64,000 nt of DNA from Chitinophaga pinensis (GCA_943368105.1 CALRKO020000010.1:11259-75258); one strand, 5' to 3'; positions 19,385 to 28,752 are shown, counted from the stretch's first letter. The notes: generated by a model not told the origin, from the sequence alone. Made by a program: numbers and translations.

Positions 19385-20557
19385 TCAGTAGCGCGGCACC
19401 GAGGGATCCACCTCCTGGCTCCAGGCGTCGATGCCGCCGCTGACGTTGGTGCCCGTGATGCCATGGCGGCCCAGGGCGATCAGGGCCTTGGCGCTGCGGC
19501 CCCCCAGCTTGCAGTGCACGTAGAGCGGCCTGCCCGCGGCCAGCCGGCGCACCTCGTCGATGGCCTCGCCGCTCTCGATCCGATCCAGCGGCACCAGCAC
19601 CGCCCCTGGGATCACGGCGATGTCCGCCTCGGGCGGGTTGCGCACATCCAGCAGCAGGATGTCGTCGGGCTGGCCGTCGAGCAGGGCCTTGAGCTCGGCC
19701 ACGCTGATGCTGGGCACCGCCCCCGCCTCCTCCTGGCCCGGCGCCGTGCCGCCCACGCCGCAGAACTCCTGATAATCAATCAGCCTGTCGATCACCGGTC
19801 GCTCGGGGTTGGGCCGCAGCTTCAGCTCGCGGAACGTCATGCCCAGGGCATCGAAGAGCAGCAGCCGGCCGCTGAGGGTGGTGCCGATGCCGGTGATGAT
19901 CTTGACGGCCTCGGTGGCCTGGATCACGCCGATGATGCCCGGCAACACCCCCACCACGCCACCTTCGGCGCAGGAGGGCACCATGCCCGGCGGCGGCGGC
20001 TCGGGGAACAGGTCGCGGTAGTTGGGGCTGGCCTCATCCAGGTTGAACACCGTGGCCTGGCCCTCGAAGCGGAAGATCGAGCCGTACACGTTGGGCTTGC
20101 CCAGCAGCACACAGGCGTCATTCACCAGGTAGCGGGTGGGGAAGTTGTCCGTGCCGTCGCACACCAGGTCGTAGGGCCGGATGATCTCCAGGGCGTTCTC
20201 GCTGGTGAGCGCCGTCTCGTAGAGGTCCACCTGGCAGTGGGGGTTGATCTCCAGAATCCGGGCCCGGGCCGATTCGATCTTGGGCTTGCCCACCCAGCTG
20301 GTGCCGTGGATCACCTGACGCTGCAGGTTGGAGTGGTCCACCACGTCGAAGTCGACGATGCCGATGCGGCCCACCCCGGCCGCCGCCAGGTACAGCAGCA
20401 GGGGCGACCCCAGGCCGCCGGTGCCCACGCACAGCACCGAGGCCGCCTTCAGCCGCTTCTGCCCCTCCATGCCCACCTCCGGCAGGATCAGGTGGCGCGA
20501 GAAGCGGGCCACCTCGTCGGGACTCAGCTGAACGGCGCTGGTGTCGAGCGGAAGCAT
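19385..20557 (-). CDS. moeB: MoeB/MoeZ E1-like adenylyltransferase with C-terminal rhodanese domain
   Basis: CVGTGGLGS, DFDVVDHSNLQRQ, DGTDNFPTRYL, VPSCAEGG, rhodanese LLDVRN...HCKLGGRS. Confidence 0.93.
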   Translation of the reverse strand: MLPLDTSAVQLSPDEVARFSRHLILPEVGMEGQKRLKAASVLCVGTGGLGSPLLLYLAAAGVGRIGIVDFDVVDHSNLQRQVIHGTSWVGKPKIESARARILEINPHCQVDLYETALTSENALEIIRPYDLVCDGTDNFPTRYLVNDACVLLGKPNVYGSIFRFEGQATVFNLDEASPNYRDLFPEPPPPGMVPSCAEGGVVGVLPGIIGVIQATEAVKIITGIGTTLSGRLLLFDALGMTFRELKLRPNPERPVIDRLIDYQEFCGVGGTAPGQEEAGAVPSISVAELKALLDGQPDDILLLDVRNPPEADIAVIPGAVLVPLDRIESGEAIDEVRRLAAGRPLYVHCKLGGRSAKALIALGRHGITGTNVSGGIDAWSQEVDPSVPRY

Positions 20558-20581
20558 GGGCGGGGAGTGCTTGCCAGCTCC

Positions 20582-21121
20582 CTACTCTCCCAAACCGGAG
20601 GTCCCCCCACCGGCCGGGGGCGCCGCCGGGCCGCCGGGGGGTCCGGGTTCGGACACCATGATCGGCAGCTCCAGGGGGGCGCCACCCTCCTCACCGGCGA
20701 TCCACCAGGCCCGCAGGCCCAGGGTGTCCGTCGACGCCGGGCCCGCCCCGCTCCGCCCCAGGCCGCTGCGGATCAGCATCAGGCTGGGCCCCCAGCAGAG
20801 CGCCAGGTCGGTGGCGGACGGTTCGGCGGCGCCCTCGGGATGGCTGTGGGCGGCGCCGATCACCTGCAGGCCGCGGGCCCGGGCCCAGGGCTGGGCCAGC
20901 AGCTGCTCGCGGGGGTCGAGGCGGAACCGGCGCCGGCGTTCCTCGGCCGGCCGCCAGCGGTTCAGGCAGGGCCAGCTCTCCAGCAGCTCCAGGGCCACGC
21001 CCGCGCGCCGGCCCAGCAGCAGGGCGCAGCCCTCCTCCGGCTCCGCGCTCTGCAGCAGGCGCGCCAGAACCATCAGACAACGCCGATCTGCGCGCAGCTG
21101 CTCTGGTGGGGGGGCAGGCAC
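20582..21121 (-). CDS. M67/JAMM (Mov34/MPN) metallopeptidase
   Basis: PEEGCALLLG...GAAHSHP...PSATD = JAMM E...HxH...SxxD; start GTG 21121 or ATG 21073. Confidence 0.85.
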   Translation of the reverse strand: MPAPPPEQLRADRRCLMVLARLLQSAEPEEGCALLLGRRAGVALELLESWPCLNRWRPAEERRRRFRLDPREQLLAQPWARARGLQVIGAAHSHPEGAAEPSATDLALCWGPSLMLIRSGLGRSGAGPASTDTLGLRAWWIAGEEGGAPLELPIMVSEPGPPGGPAAPPAGGGTSGLGE

Positions 21122-21126
21122 CCAGA

Positions 21127-21133
21127 TACCTTA
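21127..21133. promoter_or_regulatory. Putative bidirectional -10 element TACCTTA (curT on +, JAMM gene on -)
   Basis: Same heptamer as at 14428, again between divergent genes. Confidence 0.5.
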
Positions 21134-21162
21134 TGGGCGCTGAACCCCCGAGGCCCGGTTCC

Positions 21163-21528
21163 ATGAGTGACGACACCCCTGACCTGAAGGAGTCGGCCAG
21201 CCAGGCGATCGACGACGCCGGCGCCGGCTTCAGCGAGCGCTACAGCGAGATCATCGGCAAGGTCAACCAGGCCCTCGATCAGGTGGACTGGAGCCAGATC
21301 AGCCTCGTCCTCAAGGCCGTGGGCGTGCTGGTGGCGGTGGTCGTGGCCCAGGTGCTGATCAAGGGGGTGCTCGACACCATCAACCTGCTGCCCGTGGTGC
21401 CCGGCCTGCTGGAGCTGCTGGGGCTGGTGGTGGTGGGCCAGTGGAGCTGGCAGAACCTCACCACCAGCGACAAGCGCGCCGCCGTCGTGTCGCGGATCCA
21501 GAACCTGCGCCAGGAATACCTCGGCTGA
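21163..21528 (+). CDS. curT: CAAD-domain thylakoid curvature protein (CurT/CURT1-like)
   Basis: Two TM segments, LDTINLLPVVPGLLELLGL, SDKRAAV; ATG 21163. Confidence 0.75.
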   Translation: MSDDTPDLKESASQAIDDAGAGFSERYSEIIGKVNQALDQVDWSQISLVLKAVGVLVAVVVAQVLIKGVLDTINLLPVVPGLLELLGLVVVGQWSWQNLTTSDKRAAVVSRIQNLRQEYLG

Positions 21529-21563
21529 CGGGCCCCGCCGGCTGACGAGTCCCCCGGGCGCCC

Positions 21564-22499
21564 TCAGGGCAGCGGCGGCTGCCGCAGCAGCGCCTGCAGG
21601 CTCTGCTGGCTCTGGCTCCAGTAGCTGCCGCCGAACAGGTTGGCGTGGTTGAGCAGGTGGTACAGGTTGTAGAGCTCCACCCGCCGCCGGTGCCCCTCGG
21701 GCAGCGGCCACGTCGCTGCGTAGCCCGCGAAGAAGGCCTCCGGGACGCCGCCGAACAGCCGGGCCATCGCCAGGTCCACCTCCCGGTCGCCCCGGTGGAC
21801 CGCCGGGTCGAACAGGGCGCCGCGGCCGTCCTCCAGCAGGGCGGCGTTGCCGCTCCAGAGGTCGCCGTGCACCAGGCAGGGCTCGGCGCCGTGGCTCTCC
21901 AGCCACTGGGGCACCCGGACCAGCAGCGCCTCGGCGCCCGCCAGCCGCCGGCCGCGGCGGGCCGCCCAGGCCAGCTGCGGGCCGAGCCGCTGCTCGGCGA
22001 AGAACTCCCCCCAGCGCCCCCGCCAGCCGTTGGGCTGGGGGCTGGCGCCGATGGCGTTATCCCGGTGCCAGCCGAAGCGGCCGTCGGCCTCCCCCAGGCT
22101 GCGCCGGTGCAGGCGGGCCAGCGCTGCGCCCAGGCCCCACCAGCCGCCGGCGCCGGCGCTGTCCCCTGCCCCGGGCGGCGGCCGGCGCCCCACCGCACTC
22201 CCCTGCAGGGGCAGCCACTCCAGCAGCAGCAGGGCCTGGCCGTCCCGTTCCCCCCAGTGCAGCGGCCGGGGCACCACCGGATCCCCCGCCGCCGCGGCGG
22301 CCAGGGCCGCCAGGCCATCGGCTTCCGCCTCCAGCAGGGGCAGGTGCCGGGCGCCGTTGGTCTTGGCGAACAGGCGCCGGCCGTCCACCAGCTCCAGGGC
22401 CCAGGCGCGGTGGATGCAGCCGCCCCCCACCGGCCGCAGCGCCGCCACGGCGGTGCCCAGCCGGTCCTGCACCCAGGTGGTGAGCGGGGACGGCAGCAC
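21564..22499 (-). CDS. Fructosamine kinase family protein
   Basis: VGGGCIH, FAKTN, EAEADGL, PCLVHGDLWSGN, FDPAVHRGDREVDLAM, YNLYHLLNH; GTG 22499. Confidence 0.88.
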   Translation of the reverse strand: MLPSPLTTWVQDRLGTAVAALRPVGGGCIHRAWALELVDGRRLFAKTNGARHLPLLEAEADGLAALAAAAAGDPVVPRPLHWGERDGQALLLLEWLPLQGSAVGRRPPPGAGDSAGAGGWWGLGAALARLHRRSLGEADGRFGWHRDNAIGASPQPNGWRGRWGEFFAEQRLGPQLAWAARRGRRLAGAEALLVRVPQWLESHGAEPCLVHGDLWSGNAALLEDGRGALFDPAVHRGDREVDLAMARLFGGVPEAFFAGYAATWPLPEGHRRRVELYNLYHLLNHANLFGGSYWSQSQQSLQALLRQPPLP

Positions 22500-22557
22500 G
22501 GGGCCACGGCCTCGGTGGGGGTGTTGCCAGCATGCCGCCAGCCGCTGCCCCTGGCCG

Positions 22558-24177
22558 TTGCCCGCCGCGCCGGATCCGGATCGCCGGGGGAACCCTCCCG
22601 TCGCCCCCCGCCCAGCCCCCAGCGCCGATCGCGGCTCCGCTCCCCAGGCCGACCGCGCTGACGTGGTGGTGGTGGGCGCCGGCATCGCCGGCCTCACGGC
22701 GGCGGCCCTCCTGGCCCAGGAGGGCCTGGAGGTGGTGCTGCTGGAGGCCCACGGCCAGAGCGGCGGCTGCGCCGGCAGCTTCCGCCGCGGCCCCTACCGC
22801 TTCGACGTGGGTGCCACCCAGGTGGCGGGCCTGGAACCGGGCGGTATCCACTGGCGGCTCTGGCGCCACTTCGGCCTGCCCCTGCCGCCGGCCAGTCCCC
22901 TCGATCCCGGCTGCAGCGTGCAGCTGGCCGGGGAGGCGGAGCCGATCCAGCTGTGGCGGGATCCGCAGCGCTGGCGCCAGGAGTGCCGGCGCCAGTTCCC
23001 CGGCAGCGATCGCTTCTGGAGCCTCTGCGGCGCCCTGCACCGCAGCAACTGGGCCTTCGCCGCCCGGGATCCGGTGCTGCCCCCCCGCAACGGCTGGGAC
23101 CTGGCCCGGCTGCTGGCGGCCCTGCGCCCCGCCACCCTCGCCAGCGCCCTGGTGGCCGCGGCCACCGTGGCCGACCTGCAGCGGCTCACGGGCTGCGGCG
23201 GCGATGGCCGCCTGCGCCGCTTCCTCGACCTGCAGCTGAAGCTCTACTCCCAGGAGCCTGCGGACCGCACCGCCGCCCTCTACGGCGCCACGGTGCTGGC
23301 CATGGCCCAGGAGCCCCTGGGCCTGTGGCACCTGCAGGGTTCGATGCAGGTGCTCAGCGACGACCTGGAGCGGACCCTGGTGGCCGCAGGGGGCGTCCTG
23401 CGGCTGCGGCATCGGGTGCTGGGGCTGGGGCGGCTGGCCGGGGGCGGCTGGCGGGTCTCGGGCGAAGGGCCGGCCCGGCGCCCCTTTGCCCTGGAGGCGA
23501 GGGAGGTGGTGTGCACCCTGCCGCCCCAGGCGCTGCCGGCGCTGCTGGGGGAGCAGCTGCCCGCGGGCTACGGCCGGCGCCTCGCCGGCTTCGACGACCC
23601 CTCCGGCGCCCTGGTGCTCTACGGGGCGGTGCCGCGCCGGGCCCTGCCCGCCGGCGCCGGGCTGCACGCCCAGCTGGAGTGGGGCGATCCCGGCAATCTG
23701 TTCGTGTCCCTCAGCGCCGAAGGGGATGGCCGGGCGCCGGCGGGGCAGGCCACGGTGATCGCCAGCGTGTTCACGGGGGCCCGGCCCTGGTTCGGCCTCC
23801 AGGAGCCGGAGCACCAGCGGCGCAAGGCGGCGGCCCTGGCCGGCATCCAGGCCGGGCTCAAGCAGCTGCTGGGGCTGGAGCCCGGCGACTGGCTCCATGC
23901 CGAGCTGGCCACCCCCCGGGGCTGGGCCGGCTGGACCGGGCGCCCCTTCGGCTTCGTGGGCGGCCTGGGCCAGCACCCCAGCCGCTTCGGGCCCTTCGGC
24001 CTGGCCAGCCGCACGCCGCTGCCCGGCCTCTGGCTCTGCGGCGACGCCATCTACCCCGGGGAGGGCACCGCCGGGGTGAGCCTCTCGGCCCTGATGGCCT
24101 GCCGTCAGCTGCTGGCCGGCCGCGGCCGGGAGCTGGTGCTCAGAGAAACTCCGGCCGCAGGGCCTGGCAGCGGCTGA
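22558..24177 (+). CDS. crtD: Carotenoid C-3',4' desaturase (CrtD-like FAD oxidoreductase)
   Basis: VVVVGAGIAGLTAA, FDVGATQVAGLEPGG, LDLQLKLYSQEPAD, ATPRGWAGWTGRP, CGDAIYPGEGTAGV; start uncertain (TTG 22558 or a GTG near 22663). Confidence 0.82.
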   Translation: MPAAPDPDRRGNPPVAPRPAPSADRGSAPQADRADVVVVGAGIAGLTAAALLAQEGLEVVLLEAHGQSGGCAGSFRRGPYRFDVGATQVAGLEPGGIHWRLWRHFGLPLPPASPLDPGCSVQLAGEAEPIQLWRDPQRWRQECRRQFPGSDRFWSLCGALHRSNWAFAARDPVLPPRNGWDLARLLAALRPATLASALVAAATVADLQRLTGCGGDGRLRRFLDLQLKLYSQEPADRTAALYGATVLAMAQEPLGLWHLQGSMQVLSDDLERTLVAAGGVLRLRHRVLGLGRLAGGGWRVSGEGPARRPFALEAREVVCTLPPQALPALLGEQLPAGYGRRLAGFDDPSGALVLYGAVPRRALPAGAGLHAQLEWGDPGNLFVSLSAEGDGRAPAGQATVIASVFTGARPWFGLQEPEHQRRKAAALAGIQAGLKQLLGLEPGDWLHAELATPRGWAGWTGRPFGFVGGLGQHPSRFGPFGLASRTPLPGLWLCGDAIYPGEGTAGVSLSALMACRQLLAGRGRELVLRETPAAGPGSG

Positions 24178-25048
24178 GGGCCCGCTGCAGGCCCCCCCAG
24201 TCGCTGCCCTGCACCAGGCTTTCGAGCTGCTCCAGCTGGTGGCGGTAGTGGCCCAGGGCCGCCAGCAGGGCCTCCCGGTTGCAGCGGGCCATCAGGGTGC
24301 CGAGGTCCGGGTTGCCGCCCCCGACGCGGCTGGTGTCGGCGAAGCCGCTGGAGGCCAGGGCCCGCACCAGACCTCCGGTGTCCGCCTCGGCCCCGCCGGC
24401 GGCGGCGGCCTCGATCAGGGCGGCCCCCAGCAGCACCGGCAGGTGCGAGATCAGGGCCACGCTGCGATCGTGGGCGCCGGCGTCGCAGGTGAGCCAGCGG
24501 GCCCCCACGGTCTCCGCCAGCTGGCGCACCACCGCCAGGGCGTCGGGGTCGGTGGTCGGCTCCGGCGTCGCCACCCAGGGCCGCCCCCGGAACAGCCCAG
24601 GGATGCCCGCCTCCACGCCGGCCGCGGCGGTTCCCGCCATCGGATGGCTGGCCACGAAGCGCTGCCGGTGGCGCCAGCGCTCCAGCACCGGCCCCTTCAC
24701 CGAACCCACGTCCGTCACCACGGCGCCTGTGGGCAGGGCCGCCAGCAGCTCGGCGGGGGGATCCAGCAGCCGGTCCAGGGGCAGGGCCAGCACCACGAGG
24801 CCGCAGCCCTGCAGCACCGCCGGATCGGTGTCCACCGCCTCGGCCAGCTGCCGCGCCCGGGCCCGCTCCGCCGTGGCGCTGCGGTGCACCAGGGCCTGCA
24901 CGCGGATGCCGCGCCGGCGCAGGTCCAGCCCCAGGGAGCCGCCGATCAGCCCCAGGCCCACGAGGCCCACCGGCCCGTGCCGCCATGGCCCAGGCTCCTC
25001 TGCCCCGGCCTCCGCCTGCGGCAGCGCCGCCCCCTCTGGACTGGTCAT
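24140..25048 (-). CDS. tyrA: Prephenate/arogenate dehydrogenase
   Basis: VGLGLIGGSLG, VTDVGSVK, FVASHPMAG, HDRSVALISHLP, GFADTSRVGGGNP. Confidence 0.92.
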   Translation of the reverse strand: MTSPEGAALPQAEAGAEEPGPWRHGPVGLVGLGLIGGSLGLDLRRRGIRVQALVHRSATAERARARQLAEAVDTDPAVLQGCGLVVLALPLDRLLDPPAELLAALPTGAVVTDVGSVKGPVLERWRHRQRFVASHPMAGTAAAGVEAGIPGLFRGRPWVATPEPTTDPDALAVVRQLAETVGARWLTCDAGAHDRSVALISHLPVLLGAALIEAAAAGGAEADTGGLVRALASSGFADTSRVGGGNPDLGTLMARCNREALLAALGHYRHQLEQLESLVQGSDWGGLQRALSRCQALRPEFL

Positions 25049-25078
25049 CCCCCGCACAGCCGGCTGGAGCCAGCTTCC

Positions 25079-25084
25079 TACGAT
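25079..25084 (+). promoter_or_regulatory. Putative -10 hexamer TACGAT placing +1 on the helicase-like ATG (leaderless)
   Basis: TACGAT-N6-ATG(25091). Confidence 0.45.
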
Positions 25085-25090
25085 TCGCCG

Positions 25091-26533
25091 ATGCTGGAAG
25101 CCCGGGCCCACGCGCAGCTCAAGGCGCTCCTCCGCCTGGAGGGGGCCCCGCGCTGGCCCCACCACCTCACCCTCAGCCGGCTGGTGGCCCGCAGCCTGCG
25201 GCGCGGCGACCGCACCCTGGTGCGCCTGGCCCCTGGCTCCGACCCCAGCTGGCTGCTGGGGCTGCTGGTGCCCCTGGCCCTGGCGGAGGTGCCCCTGGCT
25301 CTGCTGGTGGGTCCGGAGCTGCGGCAGCGGCTGCTGCAGGTGGAGCTGCCGCGCCTGCAGGCGGCCGGCCTGGCGCTGCCCTGCTGGGAGGGGCCGACGG
25401 CCCCTCCGCCCGAGCGCCTCTGGCTGCTGCAGCCCGCCGGGCTGGTGGCGGCCTGGCGCCAGGGGCTGCTGGCGGACCGGCAGCTGGTGATCCCGGAGGC
25501 CGAAGCCCTGGAGCCCCAGCTGCGCCGGGCCCTGGGGGTGACGCTGGAGGCCGGCGACTGGGAAGCCCTGCGCCGCAGCCTGCCCGCCGCATCCGCCAGC
25601 CTGCTGGCCCTCCATGAACGGCTGAGCCGCCGCATCCTGGCCCGCCCCTGCGGCCCCCTGCAGCAGGTGGCGATCGCCCCCGAGGAGGAGGCCCCCCTGC
25701 GTCAGCTGCTGGGTCTGCTCTCCCCCCTGCCGGAGCCCTGGCCCCAGTGGCTGGCGGCCGCCGGCGACGGCTGGACCAGCTGGGCCCAGGTCGATCCGGT
25801 GCTGCTGCAGTGGCGGTGGCTGCGCCAGCCCCTTGAGCCCATGGCGGCCCTGGCCGGCCTGTGGGAGCAGCGGGGGGTGGTGCTGCTGGGTCAGCTGCCC
25901 CAGGACGGCGTCCTGGCGGGCCCGGCCCTGGGCTTCCGGCCCCAGGTGGAGGTGCAGCTGGCCGATCCGCCTCTGCAGGACCCCCTGCCCCTGTTCGCGC
26001 CCCAGGGCCAGGCCCTGCCCAATGCCCCCCACTACGGCAGTCACCTGCTGGAGCAGTCGCGGCGGCTGGTGCTGGGTCAGGCGGGCCTCACCGTGGTGCT
26101 GCTCGACGACGAGGGCCTGCGCCGCCGGCTGGCCAGCGGCCTGGCGGCCGAGTTCGGCAGCCGCGTGGCCCACCAGACCACTGCCCCCGAGGCCAATGGC
26201 GTGCTCTGCTGCAGCTGGAGCTGGTGGCTGGAGCACCAGGGGCGGCTGCCGCTGCCCTGTCAGCTGGTGGCGGCCACCCTGCCGCTGGCCAGCCTCGAGG
26301 ATCCGCTCACGGCGGCCCGGGTCCAGGCCCTGCGGCTCCAGGGCCGCGACTGGTTCCGGGAGTTGCTGCTGCCCGAGGCCCTGGGGCGGCTGCAGCGGGC
26401 CGTGGCGGGGCTGCGGCGCAGCGGCGGCCGCCTGGCGGTGCTGGACGGGCGCCTGCGCCGCCGCGGCTGGGGTCGTCAGGTACTCCAGGCCCTGGAGCCC
26501 TGGGTGGCGCTGCAGCGGCTGCTGCCCAGCTGA
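25091..26533 (+). CDS. DinG/YoaA-like helicase-C-terminal-domain protein lacking Walker motifs
   Basis: MLEARAHAQLK N-terminus; C-terminal LPLASLEDP...LQRAVAGLRR...LAVLDGRL (Helicase_C_2-like). Confidence 0.65.
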   Translation: MLEARAHAQLKALLRLEGAPRWPHHLTLSRLVARSLRRGDRTLVRLAPGSDPSWLLGLLVPLALAEVPLALLVGPELRQRLLQVELPRLQAAGLALPCWEGPTAPPPERLWLLQPAGLVAAWRQGLLADRQLVIPEAEALEPQLRRALGVTLEAGDWEALRRSLPAASASLLALHERLSRRILARPCGPLQQVAIAPEEEAPLRQLLGLLSPLPEPWPQWLAAAGDGWTSWAQVDPVLLQWRWLRQPLEPMAALAGLWEQRGVVLLGQLPQDGVLAGPALGFRPQVEVQLADPPLQDPLPLFAPQGQALPNAPHYGSHLLEQSRRLVLGQAGLTVVLLDDEGLRRRLASGLAAEFGSRVAHQTTAPEANGVLCCSWSWWLEHQGRLPLPCQLVAATLPLASLEDPLTAARVQALRLQGRDWFRELLLPEALGRLQRAVAGLRRSGGRLAVLDGRLRRRGWGRQVLQALEPWVALQRLLPS

Positions 26534-26636
26534 GGCCGCTGAACTCCGAAGGCCCCGCGGCGGCCCCGGCTCCGGGAGCGGCTCCCTGGTCGGCTCCGCT
26601 GGCCCCCTAGCCTGCAGCCCACTGGATCCGGGGTGC

Positions 26637-26882
26637 ATGGGAGAAGCGAAACGTCGCGCTGAGCTGGGGTCACCGCCGCGCCCGAAGCCCAGGGCCAGCA
26701 AGCCCCGGGACACCTCCCCCCGCATCGCCCCCTGGCTGCCCCTTACCCAGAAGCAGGGCGAACAGTTCGTGCAGGTCACCACCAAGGGCGCCTGGATCGG
26801 CATCGGCGCCCTGGTGCTGTTCTGGATCACCGTGCGCTTCCTGGGCCCCGCCCTGGGCTGGTGGACCCTGGCGGATGGCTGA
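26637..26882 (+). CDS. DUF2839-family small membrane protein
   Basis: MGEAKRR...TKGAWIGIGAL...VRFLGPALGWW; TAGCCT -10 at 26608. Confidence 0.75.
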   Translation: MGEAKRRAELGSPPRPKPRASKPRDTSPRIAPWLPLTQKQGEQFVQVTTKGAWIGIGALVLFWITVRFLGPALGWWTLADG

Positions 26883-26979
26883 GGCTCCGCTTCCGAGCCT
26901 CCGACCATGCCCCGACCATGACGACTCGCAACAAACGGAAGAAAACCTTTAGGCTTGCTCCAGTTGTTGCCTGGGCTCC

Positions 26980-27321
26980 ATGTTCGCCCGTCTCGCCGAG
27001 CACTACCGCTCGGTCGTCGAGGATCTGGTCATGAGCCTCCAGGCCCTGGCCGAAGGCCTGCAGGCCCAGGGACTGGCGGCCACCTGCTACGTCTGCGGCG
27101 ATGGCCGCGACGGCCAGGGGGCCTCCTTCGTCGCCGACCTGGGCGACGGCCACATGGTGCGCTTCCTCGTGTCCGACTACGGCATCAGCTGGGTGGAATC
27201 CCGCCATGGCCACGAGCTGGTCAAGTTCGAGGGAGCCGAGGCGATCCAGGAGCTGCAGCGTGTCGCCGACGCGGTCGGCGCCGGCCAGTCGCCGGCGCGC
27301 GCCGCCACGGTTCCCGCCTGA
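26980..27321 (+). CDS. DUF1815-family protein
   Basis: MFARLAEHYRSVVEDLVMSL...TCYVCG...RFLVSDYGISW...VKFEGAEAIQEL; TAGGCT -10 at 26950. Confidence 0.75.
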   Translation: MFARLAEHYRSVVEDLVMSLQALAEGLQAQGLAATCYVCGDGRDGQGASFVADLGDGHMVRFLVSDYGISWVESRHGHELVKFEGAEAIQELQRVADAVGAGQSPARAATVPA

Positions 27322-27324
27322 GGC

Positions 27325-28524
27325 TCAGCTGGCCGCGGCGCCGGCGGCGAGGCTGACCTCGCCCTCCTCACCGGTCGCTGCGGCGGCACCGGCCGCGAGC
27401 TTGGCCGCCGCCGCCGCCACCGGCCGCAGCGACTGGTTGCCCTCGCTCAGCTTCTGGCGCACCTTCACCTCGATCTCGTCCTTCTGGGCGGGGTTCTGCT
27501 CCAGCCAGGTGATCGTGTTGTCGCGCCCCTGGCCGATGTTGTCACCCTCGTAGCTGTACCAGGCGCCCTTGCGCACCACCACGCCATGCTCCTCGGCCAG
27601 ATCCAGCAGGCAGCCCAGGGTGCTGATGCCGCGGCCGAACAGGATGTCGAACTCGGCGATGCGGAAGGGCGGCGCCACCTTGTTCTTGGCCACCTTCACC
27701 TTGGCCCGGATGCCGAATTCCTCGGTGCCGCGCTTGAGGGTCTGGATGCGGCGGATGTCGAGGCGCACCGAGGCATAGAACTTCAGGGCGTTGCCGCCGG
27801 TGGTGGTCTCCGGGTTGCCGTAGGTGACGCCGATCTTCTGGCGCAGCTGGTTGAGGAAGATCACGGTGCAGCCGGATTTGCCGATGTTGCCGGTGATCTT
27901 GCGCATCGCCTGGCTCATCAGGCGGGCCTGGCTGCCCACCGCCAGATCGCCCATCTCCCCCTCGATCTCGGCGCGGGGCGTGAGGGCGGCCACCGAGTCC
28001 ACCACCACGATGTCCACGGCGGCCGAGCGCACCAGCTGGTCCACGATCTCCAGGGCCATCTCGCCGGTGTCCGGCTGGGACACCAGCAGGTTGGCGATGT
28101 CGACCCCCAGGGCCGCGGCATAGACCGGATCGAGGGCGTGCTCGGCGTCCACGAAGGCGGCCACGCCACCGCGGCGCTGCACCTCGGCGATGGCGTGCAG
28201 GGTGAGGGTGGTCTTGCCGGAGCTCTCCGGGCCGTAGATCTCCACCACCCGGCCCTTGGGATAGCCACCCCCCAGGGCCAGGTCCAGGGTCAGGGCGCCG
28301 GTGGGGGTGGTCTCGATCCGCATGCGCGAGGCATCCCCCAGGCGCATGATCGAGCCCTTGCCGAAGTTGCGCTCGATCTGGTTGAGCACCAGCCCCAGGG
28401 CCTTGTCCCGCTCGGCGGCGGCGCGGGCATCGGCCGCCGCGCCGGCGGCGCTGGCCGCGGTGGGAGTGCGGGCGGCCTTGGGGTCAGCGGTCCTGGACTC
28501 AGGGGTCTTGTCGTCGGCGGGCAT
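27325..28524 (-). CDS. recA: Recombinase A
   Basis: [51 protein letters not shown]; no intein. Confidence 0.99.
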   Translation of the reverse strand: MPADDKTPESRTADPKAARTPTAASAAGAAADARAAAERDKALGLVLNQIERNFGKGSIMRLGDASRMRIETTPTGALTLDLALGGGYPKGRVVEIYGPESSGKTTLTLHAIAEVQRRGGVAAFVDAEHALDPVYAAALGVDIANLLVSQPDTGEMALEIVDQLVRSAAVDIVVVDSVAALTPRAEIEGEMGDLAVGSQARLMSQAMRKITGNIGKSGCTVIFLNQLRQKIGVTYGNPETTTGGNALKFYASVRLDIRRIQTLKRGTEEFGIRAKVKVAKNKVAPPFRIAEFDILFGRGISTLGCLLDLAEEHGVVVRKGAWYSYEGDNIGQGRDNTITWLEQNPAQKDEIEVKVRQKLSEGNQSLRPVAAAAAKLAAGAAAATGEEGEVSLAAGAAAS

Positions 28525-28644
28525 GTCTGCGAATCAGCGATGGTGGGGGCCGTGGGGCCGTGTGGGGCCGCGGAGGCCTGGGCCGGCGATGGGAGCCATC
28601 CTGCGGCCTGGCAGGAACCAGTGCCACCGAAACCGGCAGCTGTT

Positions 28645-28678
28645 CCATGGGGACCGGGCCATGGAGACCGGGCCATGG
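28645..28678. repeat. 14-bp-period tandem repeat containing three CCATGG palindromes in the recA 5' region
   Basis: ccatgg-ggaccggg-ccatgg-agaccggg-ccatgg. Confidence 0.85.
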
Positions 28679-28730
28679 CTGCGGGGGCGCGGCTCCCCGG
28701 CCCCAGCGGCTGGCGACAACGCCGCGAAGT

Positions 28731-28747
28731 AGTACAGGCGTATGCTA
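28731..28747 (-). promoter_or_regulatory. recA promoter -10 (TAGCAT) overlapped by a degenerate cyanobacterial LexA box (AGTAC-N4-GTATG)
   Basis: agtacaggcgtatgcta; the cyanobacterial consensus is roughly AGTAC-N4-GTACT. Confidence 0.5.
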
Positions 28748-28752
28748 ATGCC

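Noticed and set aside
26918-27034. Small ORF MTTRNKRKKTFRLAPV... upstream of and overlapping DUF1815
   Set aside because: AT-rich codons unlike the genome's bias; it spans the predicted TAGGCT promoter, so it is better explained as promoter sequence.
27325-28524. Intein or intron in recA
   Set aside because: The extra length comes from Ala-rich terminal extensions; the core is uninterrupted.
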